64,000 bases of DNA from assembly GCF_001194135.2 (NCBI RefSeq), contig NC_068990.1, positions 1,281,728 through 1,345,727 on the forward strand. The letters are read 5' to 3'. The translations under genes were made by a program, and so were the position numbers. A model generated the notes under the pieces. It was given only the letters and a program-made list of their open reading frames with translations. It did not search any database and was not told the origin of the DNA. Every line of letters begins with the position of its first letter. Within the stretch, counting starts at the first letter, position 1. Source of the DNA: Octopus bimaculoides. Taxonomy: Eukaryota. This document shows, in pieces, positions 38,511 to 52,392 of this stretch.

Positions 38511-40766
38511 ATGTTGGTGCTGGAGGTTGCTGGGATTTATCTCCACCCTAGTGTTATAAAAAAAAGTGCATTTTACATTAAAAAAAACCTATAAGGGTGT
38601 TTCTCTCTTGGTATCTACTGCAGTATAGTCTGTTCTAACAGAACGTCCATGTTTAAGTGGGGATAAATATTACCTCTCCATATAAATATTGCCTCTGTCA
38701 CTAATATATATGGAGGAGTAGAATAATGAATGAAATAAGAAAGAAGGCAAGCTTCTAACAATGCAGGGAGTTAAAAAAAAAATATATATTTTGGAAGCAA
38801 AGACCTTTCGTAAGAAGAATATAGTCAAAGAAATGTGTAGTTCCACAGATTCTGACGTATTGGATAGTCTGGTGCTTGTGTTAGTAGCAGCAGCTCCCCA
38901 AGTGCGGATGTAGTCGGTGCTGTAGAGGTCACATTGGGGACGGTGGTAATAGGGACTTTCTGCATTATTAGAGGTTTAATGATGAAAACAAGCAGTTTAA
39001 TTACTGAAACAAGCATTATTAGAGGTTTAATGACTGAAACACACATGGTATGCATGGGTGACTGTTGGTCTTCCATAAGCAACCTTGCCCGGACTCATGC
39101 TTTGGAGGGTAACTTTCTAAATGCAACGGTCATTCTTGACCGAAGGGTTCTTTATCCTTTACCCTTGATTACTTTTCGTTTCATCCATTATTCTACTTCT
39201 GTATTACAATGCTTCAAGTAAACTTCAATGCTCTTCTAATGTACTGGAGTGTTTTGATATGATTGAGTGTTTCTTAGTCTCAATTTTGAAACCTCGTGCA
39301 TTATATAGGAAGTGAAAATTAAAGAGTCATTTTCAAGTTGGATGCTTAAATGGTCCTTACAAAAACTGGGGTGTACATGTGTTCTTCCAACTTGGAACCA
39401 TCTCTATTAGAAATAGCAACTGTCCAAGCTATGTAAGCATGGGAAAAAAACTAATGTAAAAGTGAGGACGACGACGATGATGATGGTGATGGTGGTGGTG
39501 GTGGTGGTGGTGGTGGTGGTGGTAGTGAAGAAGAAGAAGAAGAAGATGATGATGATGATGATAAAGGCTGACAATGAAGATGATGCTGATGATTATTTCG
39601 ATGATTTCCAAACTGGTAGCAGACTTTAGAGCAAATATAAATATTTTTACATGTTTTGTACATGAAATAAAATAAATGTATAAAGATACATCATTTATAT
39701 ATTTTGGTTGACAAATCATAATTAATTTAATCTGCAGAGAGTTATCAAGCACTTCTCTATTCAATAAATAAAGCAAAATTTTCAAGTTCAGTTTATATTA
39801 TTTTCCTTTCTCACATTTTAAAAATACAATGAAATTATTTTTGCTGCACAAACAGTTATATCTTAGTGCGCATCATTCGTGTGTTGCAACATGCCATTTA
39901 GAAATCATTGCTTGACAGAGCCATAACAATATTCGTGCTTCAGAAAATACGAGCATTTGTATTGGATTATCATTCGACAAATGATGCCACCTTGTTATCT
40001 AAAACGACAGTACCACATCAGTCTCACCAGGCCTTTCGCCTTTTACTTGCTGGGTCTGAAGGAAGAGGCGATGCCCGTGGCCTTTGCAGGGTCTTCTAGA
40101 TTGGTGATATTGATACTGCTAATGTTCTTGGGCACAGCTGGGTGATAAGAAGTTTGTGGCGAGCTGGCAGAAACGTTAGCATGTTGGGCGAAATGCTTAG
40201 TGCTTCTTATGGAGAAATGAGGACTAACCATAGATATTAGTGCAGGGCCTGGGAAGGGTTGAACTCAACAGGAGTAATGATAGGAGAAGAGACGAGTGAG
40301 ACAGAAATACCATAGTAGAGGCAGCATGAGCCTAACCAGCTCCAAGGAGCAGAGACCTTTGTGCTGGGGATTAGAAAAGACCTGGAACCCTGTTTGTATT
40401 TCTCTGGATAATTAATAAAAAATAATAATACATAAATAAATAATAACTCTACATATTGATCCTTGCATATTTTTGATTCAGGAAAGATTAGTTGTTGTTA
40501 TTTATGACTGGAGCGACCTATTGATTTTAGCCATCTGTGAAGGTTTGTAAAGGTCTTGGATGCTGTCCCACCTTCTCTAGTAAATTAATTAGGAAAAAAA
40601 TAATACAACAAAAAAAAAAAGAAAATCTATCTATTCATATGTACTTTTTTGTGATGAAAGCCAAAAGATAAACAAACAAAAAGAAAACAAAATAACAAAG
40701 CTAAAATCAAAACAATCTTTTGTTTTATTTTTGGGGAGGTATAAATCAGTTTACATCATCGTTTGT

Positions 40767-40803
<37 letters not shown>

Positions 40804-42354
40804 CATGCATGTGTGTGTGCATGTGTATTACAATAAACTAAATCAGCCATCACTTGTGAGCGAATATGGTTTGGCAATAGGTGCCATATTTTTCCTCGAT
40901 GTCACAGGTGCCTCGGTAGTCCATGATCAGACACAGACACCCTTGATATAGTGGCACATCCAGTATGGGATAAGTGGAAGGAGGAAGGGAGGCCCATACT
41001 AACACTAGGCTTGTACTTGCTATTTCTTACTCAGTAAAGCTAAGGAGGGTGGAGAAATGTGAAACAAAATGCTTTGGTCAAAGGTACAATGTGCTGTGCA
41101 GTCCAGAAACTGAACTTGCTATCTTTTGATCATGATCTGAATAACTTACCCACTAAGCCACTAATATGGGTGTAAAGTTTTTGTTCAAGAAATAGCAATA
41201 TCTTTTTATAGTTGGATACCATTTCTATTGCATACTATTAAATTGCCAGCTGTGAATGAGTAACGAAAACAGTTTGTCATTCAGGTCAACTGAACCAAGA
41301 AAAGTTATGTGTCTTGCCCACTGATACAAAACGTTATTTATTCATAAACATTAACATTGTTTGCACTGCTCATGAGAAATTACTCAGCAGTTTATGGCAT
41401 CAAATATTTCTCCTCACTCCAGAAATGTGTCTCACACTTGATGTTATTTAATGAATGACTTTGACACCTGCCAAAACTGTTAAACTAAAATCTTTAGCAT
41501 TCGTCACTTGATAAAACAAAAATGCTATTTCAGAACCACTATTTCTCTTCTAATTGGCATGATATACCATCTCTTCTTTGCTTAGTTGATTTTGGTAGAG
41601 TTGCTGAAGGAGAAATTTATATAAAATGATTGAGAACTTTGACTTGGTTCCGGTTGTTGCAGCTGAGAAATCTTGACAGCTTTGTGAGTTTTAATATTTG
41701 AAGACAGCTGAAGGTGATGATGGTGTTACCGAAATAGCACAGCTTTGAACTAAAATGATTTGCACTGTTCAGTTCCATTTCTCTGTGTTTCTGTTTAAAA
41801 CATTGCTGAGCTCCTCTTTATCATTTATATGGTTTCCTATTGTTGTTGTTGTTGCTGTTGTTTGGCCCCCAGGTCAGCTCTAAACGAACATGTGTATGTT
41901 CAAAGGAAATCCAAACGCCACCTTCGTTCCTTCTTTCGAGTAGCTATGACACTATTTATAAAGTGCCTTTTCAGTAAGATGGTATGTAGGGTGTAATGCG
42001 TAGGAGATTTAGTTACTATTTCTAGCTGGTCTGGATAAAACCTTTCTTGTTTGTGGTGTATTTCCCCCCCATGATCATTATCTAATAATCTGTTACTCCC
42101 TCGTTACATTCTTATCAAACTATCCACCCTCTCCTTCCTCTTCCATGCTGATCCACATATCTTTCTTTTTCTCGCCTTCTTCTACCTTAAGAATTTGCTC
42201 TGTCACCTTCTTTATCTTCATCTTCTTCCTAGTTTCTACTAGTCATTCATATACAATGTCATGTGGCTCCCCTGCAGCAAGACGCCTACACTTGTTCCTC
42301 TGTCACACTATTGCCTCTCTGTTCCTGGCATAACAGTTTCCTTTCTAATACCAG

Positions 42355-42835
42355 AAGAGGTATGTGGCTTAGTGGTTAGGGTGCTGGGCACATAATTGTT
42401 AGATTGTGGTTTTGATTTCTGTATTGGGTGATGTGTTGTGTTCTTGAGCAAAACACTTAATTTCATGTTGCTCCAGTCCATTCATGTTGCTCCAGTCCAT
42501 TCATGCTGCTCCAGTCCATTCATGTTGCTCCAGTCCATTCATGTTGCTCCAGTCCATTCCTGTTGCTCCAGTCCATTCCTGTTGCTCCAGTCCATTCATG
42601 TTGCTCCAGTCCATTCCTGTTGCTCCAGTCCATTCATGTTGCTCCAGTCCATTCANNNNNNNNNNNNNNNNNNNNNNNNNCATTCATGTTGCTCCAGTCC
42701 ATTCCTGTTGCTCCAGTCCATTCATGCTGCTCCAGTCCATTCATGTTGCTCCAGTCCATTCCTGTTGCTCCAGTCCATTCATGTTGCTCCAGTCCATTCA
42801 GCTGACAAAAAGGATTAATCCTGTGATGGACTGAT
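42355..42835 (+). mobile_element. tRNA-headed SINE with internal 19-bp satellite expansion
   Basis: Head GTGGCTTAGTGGTTAGGG; an unexpanded relative lies at 46900-47150 and a related head at 1455-1640. Confidence 0.7.
42464..42799 (+). repeat. 19-bp tandem array (CATGTTGCTCCAGTCCATT)n
   Basis: About 17 units with CATG/CCTG/CATGC variants; 24-N gap inside. Confidence 0.95.
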
Positions 42836-43784
42836 ACTTATTTTATCAACCTTGAAATGATGAAAGGCAAAGTTAGCCTCCGTAGAATTTGAACTCAGAA
42901 CGTAAAAATGGACAAAATACTGTTAAGCAGGAGTGGCTGTGTGGTAAGTAGCTTGCTTACCAACCACATGGTTATGGGTTCAGTCCCACTGTATGGCACC
43001 TTGGGCAAGTGTCTTTTGCTATAGCCTCAGGCCTACCAAAGCCTTGTGAGTGGATTTGGTAGACGGAAACTGAAAGAAACCGAATGTGTATACATATATA
43101 TATATGTGTGTGTGTGTTTGTTTGTTTGTACTCCTCATCATTGCTTGACAGCTAATGTTGGTGTGTTTATGTCCCCGTAACTTAGCGGTTTGGCAAAAGA
43201 GACTGATAGAATAAGTAGTAGGTTTATAAAGAATAAGTCCTGGGGTCGATTTGTTCAACTAAAGGCAGTGCTCCAGCATGGCTGGAGTCAAATGACTGGA
43301 ACAGATAAAACAAATAAAAGAATAAAAGCATTTTTCCTGGTATGCTAATGATGCTGCCAGCTCACCAATGATGGTGATGATGATGATTATGTGAGTTTCT
43401 ACTGCATCACAAGAGATGGATCTCAATGTGCTTGAGTTGCATGCAGCTGCGTCTTTTATGCAAGTAAAGTATTGTTATCAAACACATTAGTTTCGATTTG
43501 TTGTAAGAGTTTTGCTGTTGTTTCTGCGGTTATTCTAATACTTTATCTGTTGTGTTGAGTATGTGCAATGTGAGCTGTGTTCTGTTGTTGGGTTGTTTAC
43601 TATGTACTGTGTGATTGCTGTTATGTGTTCAGGTGTCAGATGCTGGTTTTTGCAGAACAGAGGTCCTCAACTAGTGGGCTATTGACCAGATCCAGGCCAT
43701 GAATCATTTGGAACTGGACCATACAGAAACAATAGATTTTAAAGTTTTGTTTCAATTTTATTGACTATCACAGTCTACAGGGTG

Positions 43785-44335
43785 ATTTTGGGCCTCACTG
43801 AGGCAATGACTAGCAACCGAGACCTTTGGAGATATGCAATGCTTGAGAAGACCTGGCAAGCTAAGTGAGATCATAGCTATGACCTATGCCAGTGTCACAT
43901 AATTGGCCCATTTAAGAGTTCCCTTCAATTGTTGAGCAATGTGCTGTGCTTGAGAAGACCTTTTGAGTTAAGTAAAATTGCTGTTGTGGCCAATGCCAGT
44001 ACTGCCTGACAGGTACCCATGCTGGTGGCATGTAAAAATCACCATTTGAGCATGGCTGATGCCAGTGCCGCCTGACTGGAACCTGTTCTGGTGGCACGTA
44101 AAAGCACCATTCGAGCGTGGTCAATGCCTATGCTGCCTGACTGGCCCGTGGCATGTATAAAGCACCCACTACACTCTCAGAGTGGTTGGTATTAGGAAGG
44201 GCATCCAGCTGTAGAAACTTTCCCAGATCAGATTGAAGCCAGCTGCAGCCTCCTGGCTTGCCAGCCCTAAGTCAGACTGTCCAACCCATGCCAGCATGGA
44301 AAGAGAACGTTAAACAATGATGATGATGATGATGA
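43785..44335 (+). mobile_element. RTE 3' end with ORF remnant and UTR
   Basis: LGLTEAMTSNRDLWRYAM-type ORF end, then the same UTR and (GAT)n tail; a similar ORF end (KTWDKVLKN.LKMLDLSDEMTKD) at 21455-21560. Confidence 0.75.
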
Positions 44336-44629
44336 ATCTTTTATTCCTTTATTTGTTTCAGTCATTTGACTGCAGCCATGCTGGAGCACTGTCTTTAGTC
44401 AAAGAAATCGACCCCAGGACTATTTTTTGTAAGCCTAGTACTTATTTTATCGGTCTCTTTTGCCAAACCACTGAGTTATGGGGACATAAACACACCAACA
44501 CTAACTCTCAAGCGATGTTGAGGGGACAAACAACACACACACACACACATGCACACAAGCTGTTTTCACCTTTTTCATTCTCTTTCATACTTAAGAGGAT
44601 TGTATATATATATCTATTTCATCCCCTTT

Positions 44630-44870
44630 CTTCTTAGCTAATCCTGGGTCAACGGAGCACGCAACATTAACTACATAGCACATGTGGTGCATCTTGTCCA
44701 CCCCTACTAGGTCTGGTCTGTTATGCTCTAGCACCTGATCTGTTTGGATTGAGAAATCCCAGAGAATTTTACTAGTTTCCAACTCTGCCATTCTCTGCAG
44801 TTTGTGCTCATACCATGTCTTGCTTCTTTCTCACCTCCACTTTTCACTTAGTTTCCAATGTAACACTTTC
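44630..44870 (-). mobile_element. R4/Dong-clade LINE, restriction-like endonuclease remnant
   Basis: LHWKL...WYEHK...KILWDFSIQTDQVLEHNRPDLVGVDK...VNVAC. Confidence 0.85.
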
Positions 44871-45157
44871 ACTACCTCATTATTATTGTTGTTGTTGTTG
44901 TTGCTGAGGCTGCCATCTGGCAGAAACATTAGCATACCAGGCAAAATGCTTTGTAACATTTCATCTGGCCTTACGTACTAAGTTCAAATTCTCCCGAGGT
45001 CGACTTTGCCTTTCATCCTTTCGGGGTCGATAAATTAAGTACCAGTTGAGTACTGGGGTCGATGTAATTGACTATCCCCCCACCCCTAAATTGCTAGCCT
45101 TGTGTCAAAATTTGAAACCATCATTATTGTTATTGCTATTGCTATTCTTGTTGGCTC

Positions 45158-45189
<32 letters not shown>

Positions 45190-45730
45190 CTGTGTTATTT
45201 AAAGCTAACAAGAGCACACAATACACAATAAGAGTATGAAATTAATTTGACTTTAGAATGCCCGGCTAAGTAGTCATGCCACAGACTTCTATCTAGAGAA
45301 CTTGTAATTGTCTGTGCGTCCCTTGTTACAATGCCAAAATCTTAGGTAAGTTTTTGTTTGAGTTTCTTTGTCTTTTTATAAATTTTTGTTTTGTTTTTGT
45401 TTTTCTCCTCTTTGGAAATATAGAATGTAACCCCCCCCCCCCTTACAGTGAGTGAGTTCAGTTTCATTAGTTAAAGAGAACAAAGAATGCACACACACAC
45501 ACACACGTGCACTCACACACGCATGCATACACACATGTGCAGACATACACACACATACATGCATACACATATATGCATACACACGCAAACACACACATGT
45601 ACACACAAACACGCACACACACACATGCACTGACAAACGCACACATGCACATACACACTCATGCATGCACACACATACACACACATGCACACACTCACAC
45701 ACACATATGTGCACATGTGCTCGCGCACGT

Positions 45731-45769
<39 letters not shown>

Positions 45770-47937
45770 ACTAATTTGCTGTTAGTTGTTGTTGCTTTGA
45801 AAAAGGAAGCACAAAAAAAACAACCAACAAAACAAACTTTTATCTTCAAAGAGGACAAGAAACAAACAAAATCGAAGTTATATTTAATTAAAGGATTTTT
45901 GTATGGGATGTGATAAGCAAAAACAAAAAAGAAAAAAAGATACAAGACAATAACAAAAAACAGAAAAAATTAAAATACTATAAAATAACATTGTATATTG
46001 AGCTCCTGGACTTCTTGAGCACAGACAACACTTTAAATTTCAGTTTTAAATTAAATTAATGTTAGATATTAGAGAGCGAGCCAATAGTATCTGGCGGTGA
46101 TTGGGTGAGTAGGGATAGGAGAGGGAGTGTGTGTGTGTGTGTTGGTGATGTTATGCAATTTTTTCAATTGGGGGGTAGTTTTTGTTTTGTGTATAGTTTG
46201 ATTTATTGTATAACATTGTATAGTAATGTATTTTGAAATACAGTTACTAAAATTAGCTTCCTCAAGAATGATCAGCGAATAAAGAAATGATTTTTTTTTT
46301 TTCACTAAAACTGGACAACTGACAGGACAGAATTTGTTGGAGTGACAGAACTAAGATATCTTGTAGTATCTAATTCCAGTCCTTTGCATTTTGAGTTTAA
46401 ATCGTATCAAGGTCAAACTTTGCTGTACATAATTTTTGTGGGTCATCGTTGTTGTCATCATTGTTGTTGTTGTTGTTGTTGTTGTTGGTGGTGGTGGTGA
46501 TTGTGGTGGCATGTGGTGTTGATAAAATAATATGTCAGACATGTACTGGAGTTGATTTGATTGACAATATTCCCACCACAAATAACCTTTTGGCCGTGTG
46601 CCAATGCTAGAAGTCAATATCTCTTTTATATATACAAGGCAGTGAGCTGGCAGAATTGTTAGCATGCCAGGCAAAATGCTAAGTGGCATTTCATCTGTCT
46701 TTATGTTCCGAGTTCAAATTCCATCAAAGTTACCTTTGCCTTTCATCCATTTAGGGTCAATAACATAAGTACCAGTTAAGCACTGCGCTTAATGTAATCG
46801 GCTTACTACCCACCTTGAACTTGCAGGTCTTATGCCAAAATTTGGAACCAGTCTCTCTTTTATATGTCTCTTTCATCTTCTGCATCATCATCTTGTGGGG
46901 GCACATAGCTTAGTGGTTAGGGGGTCTGACTCATGTTTGTAAGATTGTGATTTCAATTCCTGGATCAAGTGACGCGTTGTGTTCTTGAGTAAAACATTTT
47001 GATTCACGTTGTTCCAGTCTACTCAGCTGACAAAAGTTAGGAATCCTGCAATGGACTGGCATCCCATCAAGGTGAGGAATTCACATGCCATAGAAACTGG
47101 GAAACTGACTCTTATGAGTCGGTATGACTCAGGGATGTAACTTTCTTTTTACCTCATCATCATCATCGTATAACATCCCTTTTTACATGTTTTACATGGA
47201 TTGGACGGACTATACTCAAGGCAGATTCTCTACAGCCAGATTCCCATCTAGGTGCCAACCCTCACCTGCTTCCAAGTAAGGTAATATTACCCCATGAACC
47301 AGATGTGTTCTTGCAGAACACTGGAAAAGAATGACACTGCTCGTATGACAGTGACACTCTTTTACAACTCTCATCTGATGTCAGAACAAGGAGACACAAG
47401 CACACATGTATGCACATCACATACATACACAGACACAGACACAAACTCATGTGTGTATGTGCACACACGTACACACACACACACACACACACGCATTGCA
47501 GTGCAGCTCTCCTGCTTGCCAGCCCTGGTCAAACTGTCTAACCCATACCAGCATGGAAAACAGACGTTAAAGGATGATGTTGATATAAGATGAGCTTCTT
47601 TCAGTCTCCATCATTCAAATTCACTCACAAAGCTTTAGTCAGCCTGTGACTGTACTAGAAGACACTTGCCCAAGGAACCACACACTGGGACTGAACCTGG
47701 AACCATGTGGTTGGGGAGTAAACATTTTGCCACACAACAGTACCTGCACCTATGCTGCACCTAAATCTACAGGAAATATATATATACACAAGAGGCTTTT
47801 TTCAGTTTCCATCTACCAAATCCACCTACAAAGCTTTAAGAATAAAATCTCTTGGTTTCAAAATTATGGGTTTGTTTAAAATGAATAATAAACAAGTAAA
47901 CATTTCTCTAACTAAATTTTGTATTTTGATATTTCAG

Positions 47938-48053
47938 GTCCCAAGGTTCATTTTAAATATGGTCACATCAATTTTCAGATTGTTAATTTGGGCTCCAAAG
48001 CATCAAAGAATTGTTCTATTGTGAACGACAGTCAAGTTACCATAACTTACAAG
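47938..48053 (+). CDS. CFAP65: CFAP65-like exon 6 (GPKVHFKYGHINFQIVNLGSKASKNCSIVNDSQVTITYK)
   Basis: TTTCAG acceptor, GTAATC donor at 48054; phase fits exon 5; GP.V......VNF..VNLG......I.N.S pattern of CFAP65. No next exon found in the window. Confidence 0.9.
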
Positions 48054-50880
48054 GTAATCCCTTTATATTTATCATGAAGGTCGTTTTGGTTGTTGTTCTT
48101 GCTCTTGTTTCTGTTATTGTGGTTGGGGAATGTGGTAAATGGCAGCATCATGAGAGTGCTCGACAAAATATCAGAATATTTCCAACTTATTGCACTCTGA
48201 GTGCAAACCCTGTCGAGGCCAGCTTTTCCTTTCATCCATTCAAGGTTTATAAACTAAAACACCAATTCAGAATAGTAGATTGGCGGAATTGTTAGAGTCC
48301 GACAAAATGTTTATGGTAATGCAGAAGGGGGTTTGGGTGGGGTTTGGGTGGGGTAGGGTGGGAACCTCTGTGATAACTCTGTTGCTAAGTTGTATCAGCT
48401 CAAGTTAGCAGTCCTTTTTTTTTTTTGTCTAAACATCATTGGTTTGCAGAAAGAAAACTTGCATGCATGCACTGCTGCTAGTCTTCCTTAAAAATATCTT
48501 GTCCAGCCCTGTACATACATGGGCAGTTGTATAATCAGCATTAATCAAAAGAAGCCCTACAGTAGTCCAAGGTCAGGCCTAATAGAGCAGGTCTATGATC
48601 AGTGGAGTTTTGCTCTTAATGTTTCCTCTTTGTTATTGTTTTTTAGCACATATGTATCAAGACTACATTATCCAATATATCCTTTATTTCTTGAAGATAT
48701 TTTGAAGATATTTTGATGATATTAAGATGCAGGTATAGGCATAACTGTATGACAAGAAGTTTGTTTCCCAACTGCATGGTTCTGAGTTCAGTCCCACTGC
48801 ATGACACCTTCTACTATAACCTTGGGCCGACCAAAGCCTTGTGAGTAGATTTGGTAGATCGAAACTGAAATAAACCTGTCATATATGTGAGTGTGTGTAT
48901 GTGTGTGTGCGTGTGTATTTTTGTCATCATGTTTGTTCCCCACCACTGCTTGACAATTGTTGTTGATCTGTTTATGTTCTTGATAACTTAGCAGTTCAGC
49001 AGAAATGACCAATAGAAATAGCAGGCTCAAAAAATTTAAGTACTGGGATTGATTCATTCAAATAAAATGTTCTTCAAGGTGGGCCCACAACATGGCTGCA
49101 GTCTAATGGCTGAAACAAGTAAAAGATAAAAGGTGCAGTTTCTATCTGTTTGACATGGATATTTTCAGATCTTGGGGAGGATATTTGTCTTCTATATCTA
49201 GCAGACTAGGCGACAGCATTAAGGATAAACCATTGGCACTTTCAAAGTCCTTTGTTCAGTCAGCAGTGATCACGGAATTTAACAACAAGCAGACATATGA
49301 GCCAAAGCATTCCAGGCCCTGTCATCTATGTAAGATTACATTTATTCAATTGTAGGTGCATGGTAACCCTTTAGTGTTTAAACTGGCCACATCTGGCCCA
49401 GATATTCTTCATGTTTTACATTCAAACTGGCCATATCTAGCCTTTCACACCTAAGCTACATTGACATTCTAAAAATAAATAATCACATCATTGAAACCTC
49501 AAAGCTATAAGATATTGCATGACTAATTCAAAACAATGTGAATAAATTAATATTATATTAGACAAAGTAATCTAAATGCTAAGGAGTTAAAGGAGATTTG
49601 ACTACTCCTTATTTTACTAGCTGGCTGAATGACTTCACAAAGTCTTCCTCATTACATCCATATTTGAGCCATATTAGCTTCTTAGCAGCATTATAGGCCT
49701 CTGGACAAACCATTGCACTGGGCCACATACAATTTATCTATTGACACCAAGCTGCTGCATACATAGATTGCAATGTGTAACAAAATTTTTATTTTTGTTT
49801 GTCTTTGGTCAGCAAGTGTTATTTTCTATTTGCTTCTATCTAAAAATCAAAGGAAATCTCTACTATTCCCTTCAAACTTTGCTTTTGTGACCTGGACACC
49901 AATGTTTCAATAGTGATCTGTTTTCCTTCACATTTCACACAGACTCAGAGCTGAGTTGCTTAAGCAGAAATATCTTTATAGCAAATATTCTGCTCAATAC
50001 CACAGATTTGCTTATCAGTTGCTTGACCCTAACCAATTGGGCATGTCCCTTAGAGGCAGACAGTATGTGCATCTCTTTTCATGAGCAAGAGTAGCTGGGG
50101 AACATCATAGGCATATGTTGAGAAGGACACTTTGGGGTTTGAATAAATGTAGCAAAAGCAGAGTTTGAAGGAAATATTAGCCATTTTCTATAATTTCTAG
50201 GAGTAAGCAAATAAGAAATAGCAGCTGTTACTCAAGGACAAAAATCGTGTTACATAGTGTTATAAATGGACCCCTAGATCCATGAGGCCCCTGCCCAACT
50301 GCCATGTGTGCTAATGCCTTAAGACAGCACTATTCCATGTTCAATAAATTTGGTACCAGTCATGTGCTGATGTTGATTCAATCAATTGAAAAGAACCATT
50401 GTTAGTGAGATTGATACTTGTAATTGTGTATTGCGTCTACTCATGGCACCTATTTCAGCAGTAGATGGACATGATTAACACAATGCAAAAGCAAGAACTG
50501 AACCATTATTGACTCAACAGCTAATAGTCTGATGTTTTATTGAGTCCACTGGTCGTGACTATGAAACAGATAAGGATTAATAAAAGCCCATTTGGATAAT
50601 GATGGAAATAAGTGAATAACTGGTGCTGTTATAAAGAGAATGGCTGACGTACGGTTTATACCAATATAATCAACATGAAATGTGTGATAATAAGTTCAAT
50701 AGAAATTTCCGAAACCCAAATTTTGGTTTCCAGATAGCAATAACTAACTAATTTGTTAGAAAGTAGATTCGACAGATAATTCGTTTTTGGAAATTCACTG
50801 AGGATATCAGGGGTATTATATATATGTATATACATAAACACACACACATGCGCACATACGCTAACACACATATGAATATG

Positions 50881-50912
<32 letters not shown>

Positions 50913-50997
50913 CATACATACACACACACACATACATATATATGAATATATATATGCATATATGTATACATATATATGTATATATGTATGTATGTAT

Positions 50998-51068
<71 letters not shown>

Positions 51069-51419
51069 CATTTGTATATTTGTATATATATATGCAAATA
51101 CACAGACACACACACACACACAGACACACCACACATACACAAAATTAGAATGATATACTGATGCTAAGTTTTAATATATATTTGATGTTGGGAATACTAG
51201 GTATATCATAAAAATACCCAATATAGCAATTATCAGGGGAATATATCAAGAATTATTTCATTCCACACACAATTGAATGTAGAAGCGTGTTAATAATAAG
51301 ATGAGGAATCTCAGTAGAATAATTAGTAGAATTTAATCAGTTCATATATCCTGGATGTACAGAGAATAAATACTGAAGCAGACAAAAGCTTAGGAGAGAA
51401 TCTCTAAATGATTTTTCAA

Positions 51420-51590
51420 TAGGGAAGAAATAATAGCCAAATCTCCCTCCCAAATTTTCTTTCTACTGTTTTTAAATAAAAGAAGCAAACAAGAGAGTGT
51501 AGTTCTTGACCAACTGTATTCTGATGAAATGGCTGGATGGACACAACCAGAATGGCTTCAATCATTGATTTGCTTGATCAGGCCCAGCCT
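51420..51590 (+). repeat. Dispersed repeat family (AATAGCAGCCAAATCTCCCTC...GGAATG...TTGATC), unclassified
   Basis: Degenerate copies near 12800-13000, 21170-21320, 23400-23620, 33140-33470 and 52020-52130. Confidence 0.5.
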
Positions 51591-52344
51591 GAATATAAAA
51601 ATAGCAATGATGGCCTGGCAAGCGAAAGCAAAATCATGATGGCACCTGTGCCCAGTGTCACTTTCCTGGCACTTGTGCTGGTGGCATGTGTAAAGACATT
51701 CGAGTGAGATCGTTGCCAGTGCTGCTGGACTGGCTCCTGTGCAAGTGGCACGTAAAATACACCATTTTGAGCATGGCCATTGCCAGTACCACCTGACTGG
51801 CCTTCGTGCCAGTGGCATGTAAAAGCACCCACTACACTCTCGGAGTGGTTGGCGTTAGGAAGGGCATCCACCTGTAGAAACTCTGCCAAATCAGATTGGA
51901 GCCTAGTGTATCCATCTGGTTCACAAGTCTTCAGTTAAATCGTCCAACCTATGCTAGCATAGAAAGCGGACGTTAAACGATGATGATGATGATGACATAG
52001 TAAATACAAACCAATGAAGGTGCCTATGGGCAGCTGCTTAACTTGCTTGAAATAGCAGACAAATCTTCCTCAAATGAAAACCTCCTGTCTTAAAAAAACA
52101 GAAGGCCATTGCAATACCTAATATATCGCTTACTTTTTTATCTTTTACTTGTTTCAGTCATTGGACAACGGCCATGCTGGGGCACTGCCTTCAAACAAAT
52201 CAATTTCAGTACTAATTTTTCTAAGTGTGGTACTTTATTCTATTGAAATTCTTTTGCTGAATTGCTCAGTTACAGGGAGGGACATAAACAAGGCAACACC
52301 GGTTGTCAAGCAGTGGTGGGGTACATACACTAACATAGATACAT

Positions 52345-52392
<48 letters not shown>

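Noticed and set aside
42464-42799. CRISPR-like appearance of the short repeat arrays (also 2034-2905)
   Set aside because: Head-to-tail units with no unique spacers, eukaryotic context, no cas genes.
48075-48295. Signal-peptide-like ORF MKVVLVVVLALVSVIVVGECG
   Set aside because: Built from GTT-rich low complexity, runs into a SINE, and lies just inside an intron with no transcript evidence.
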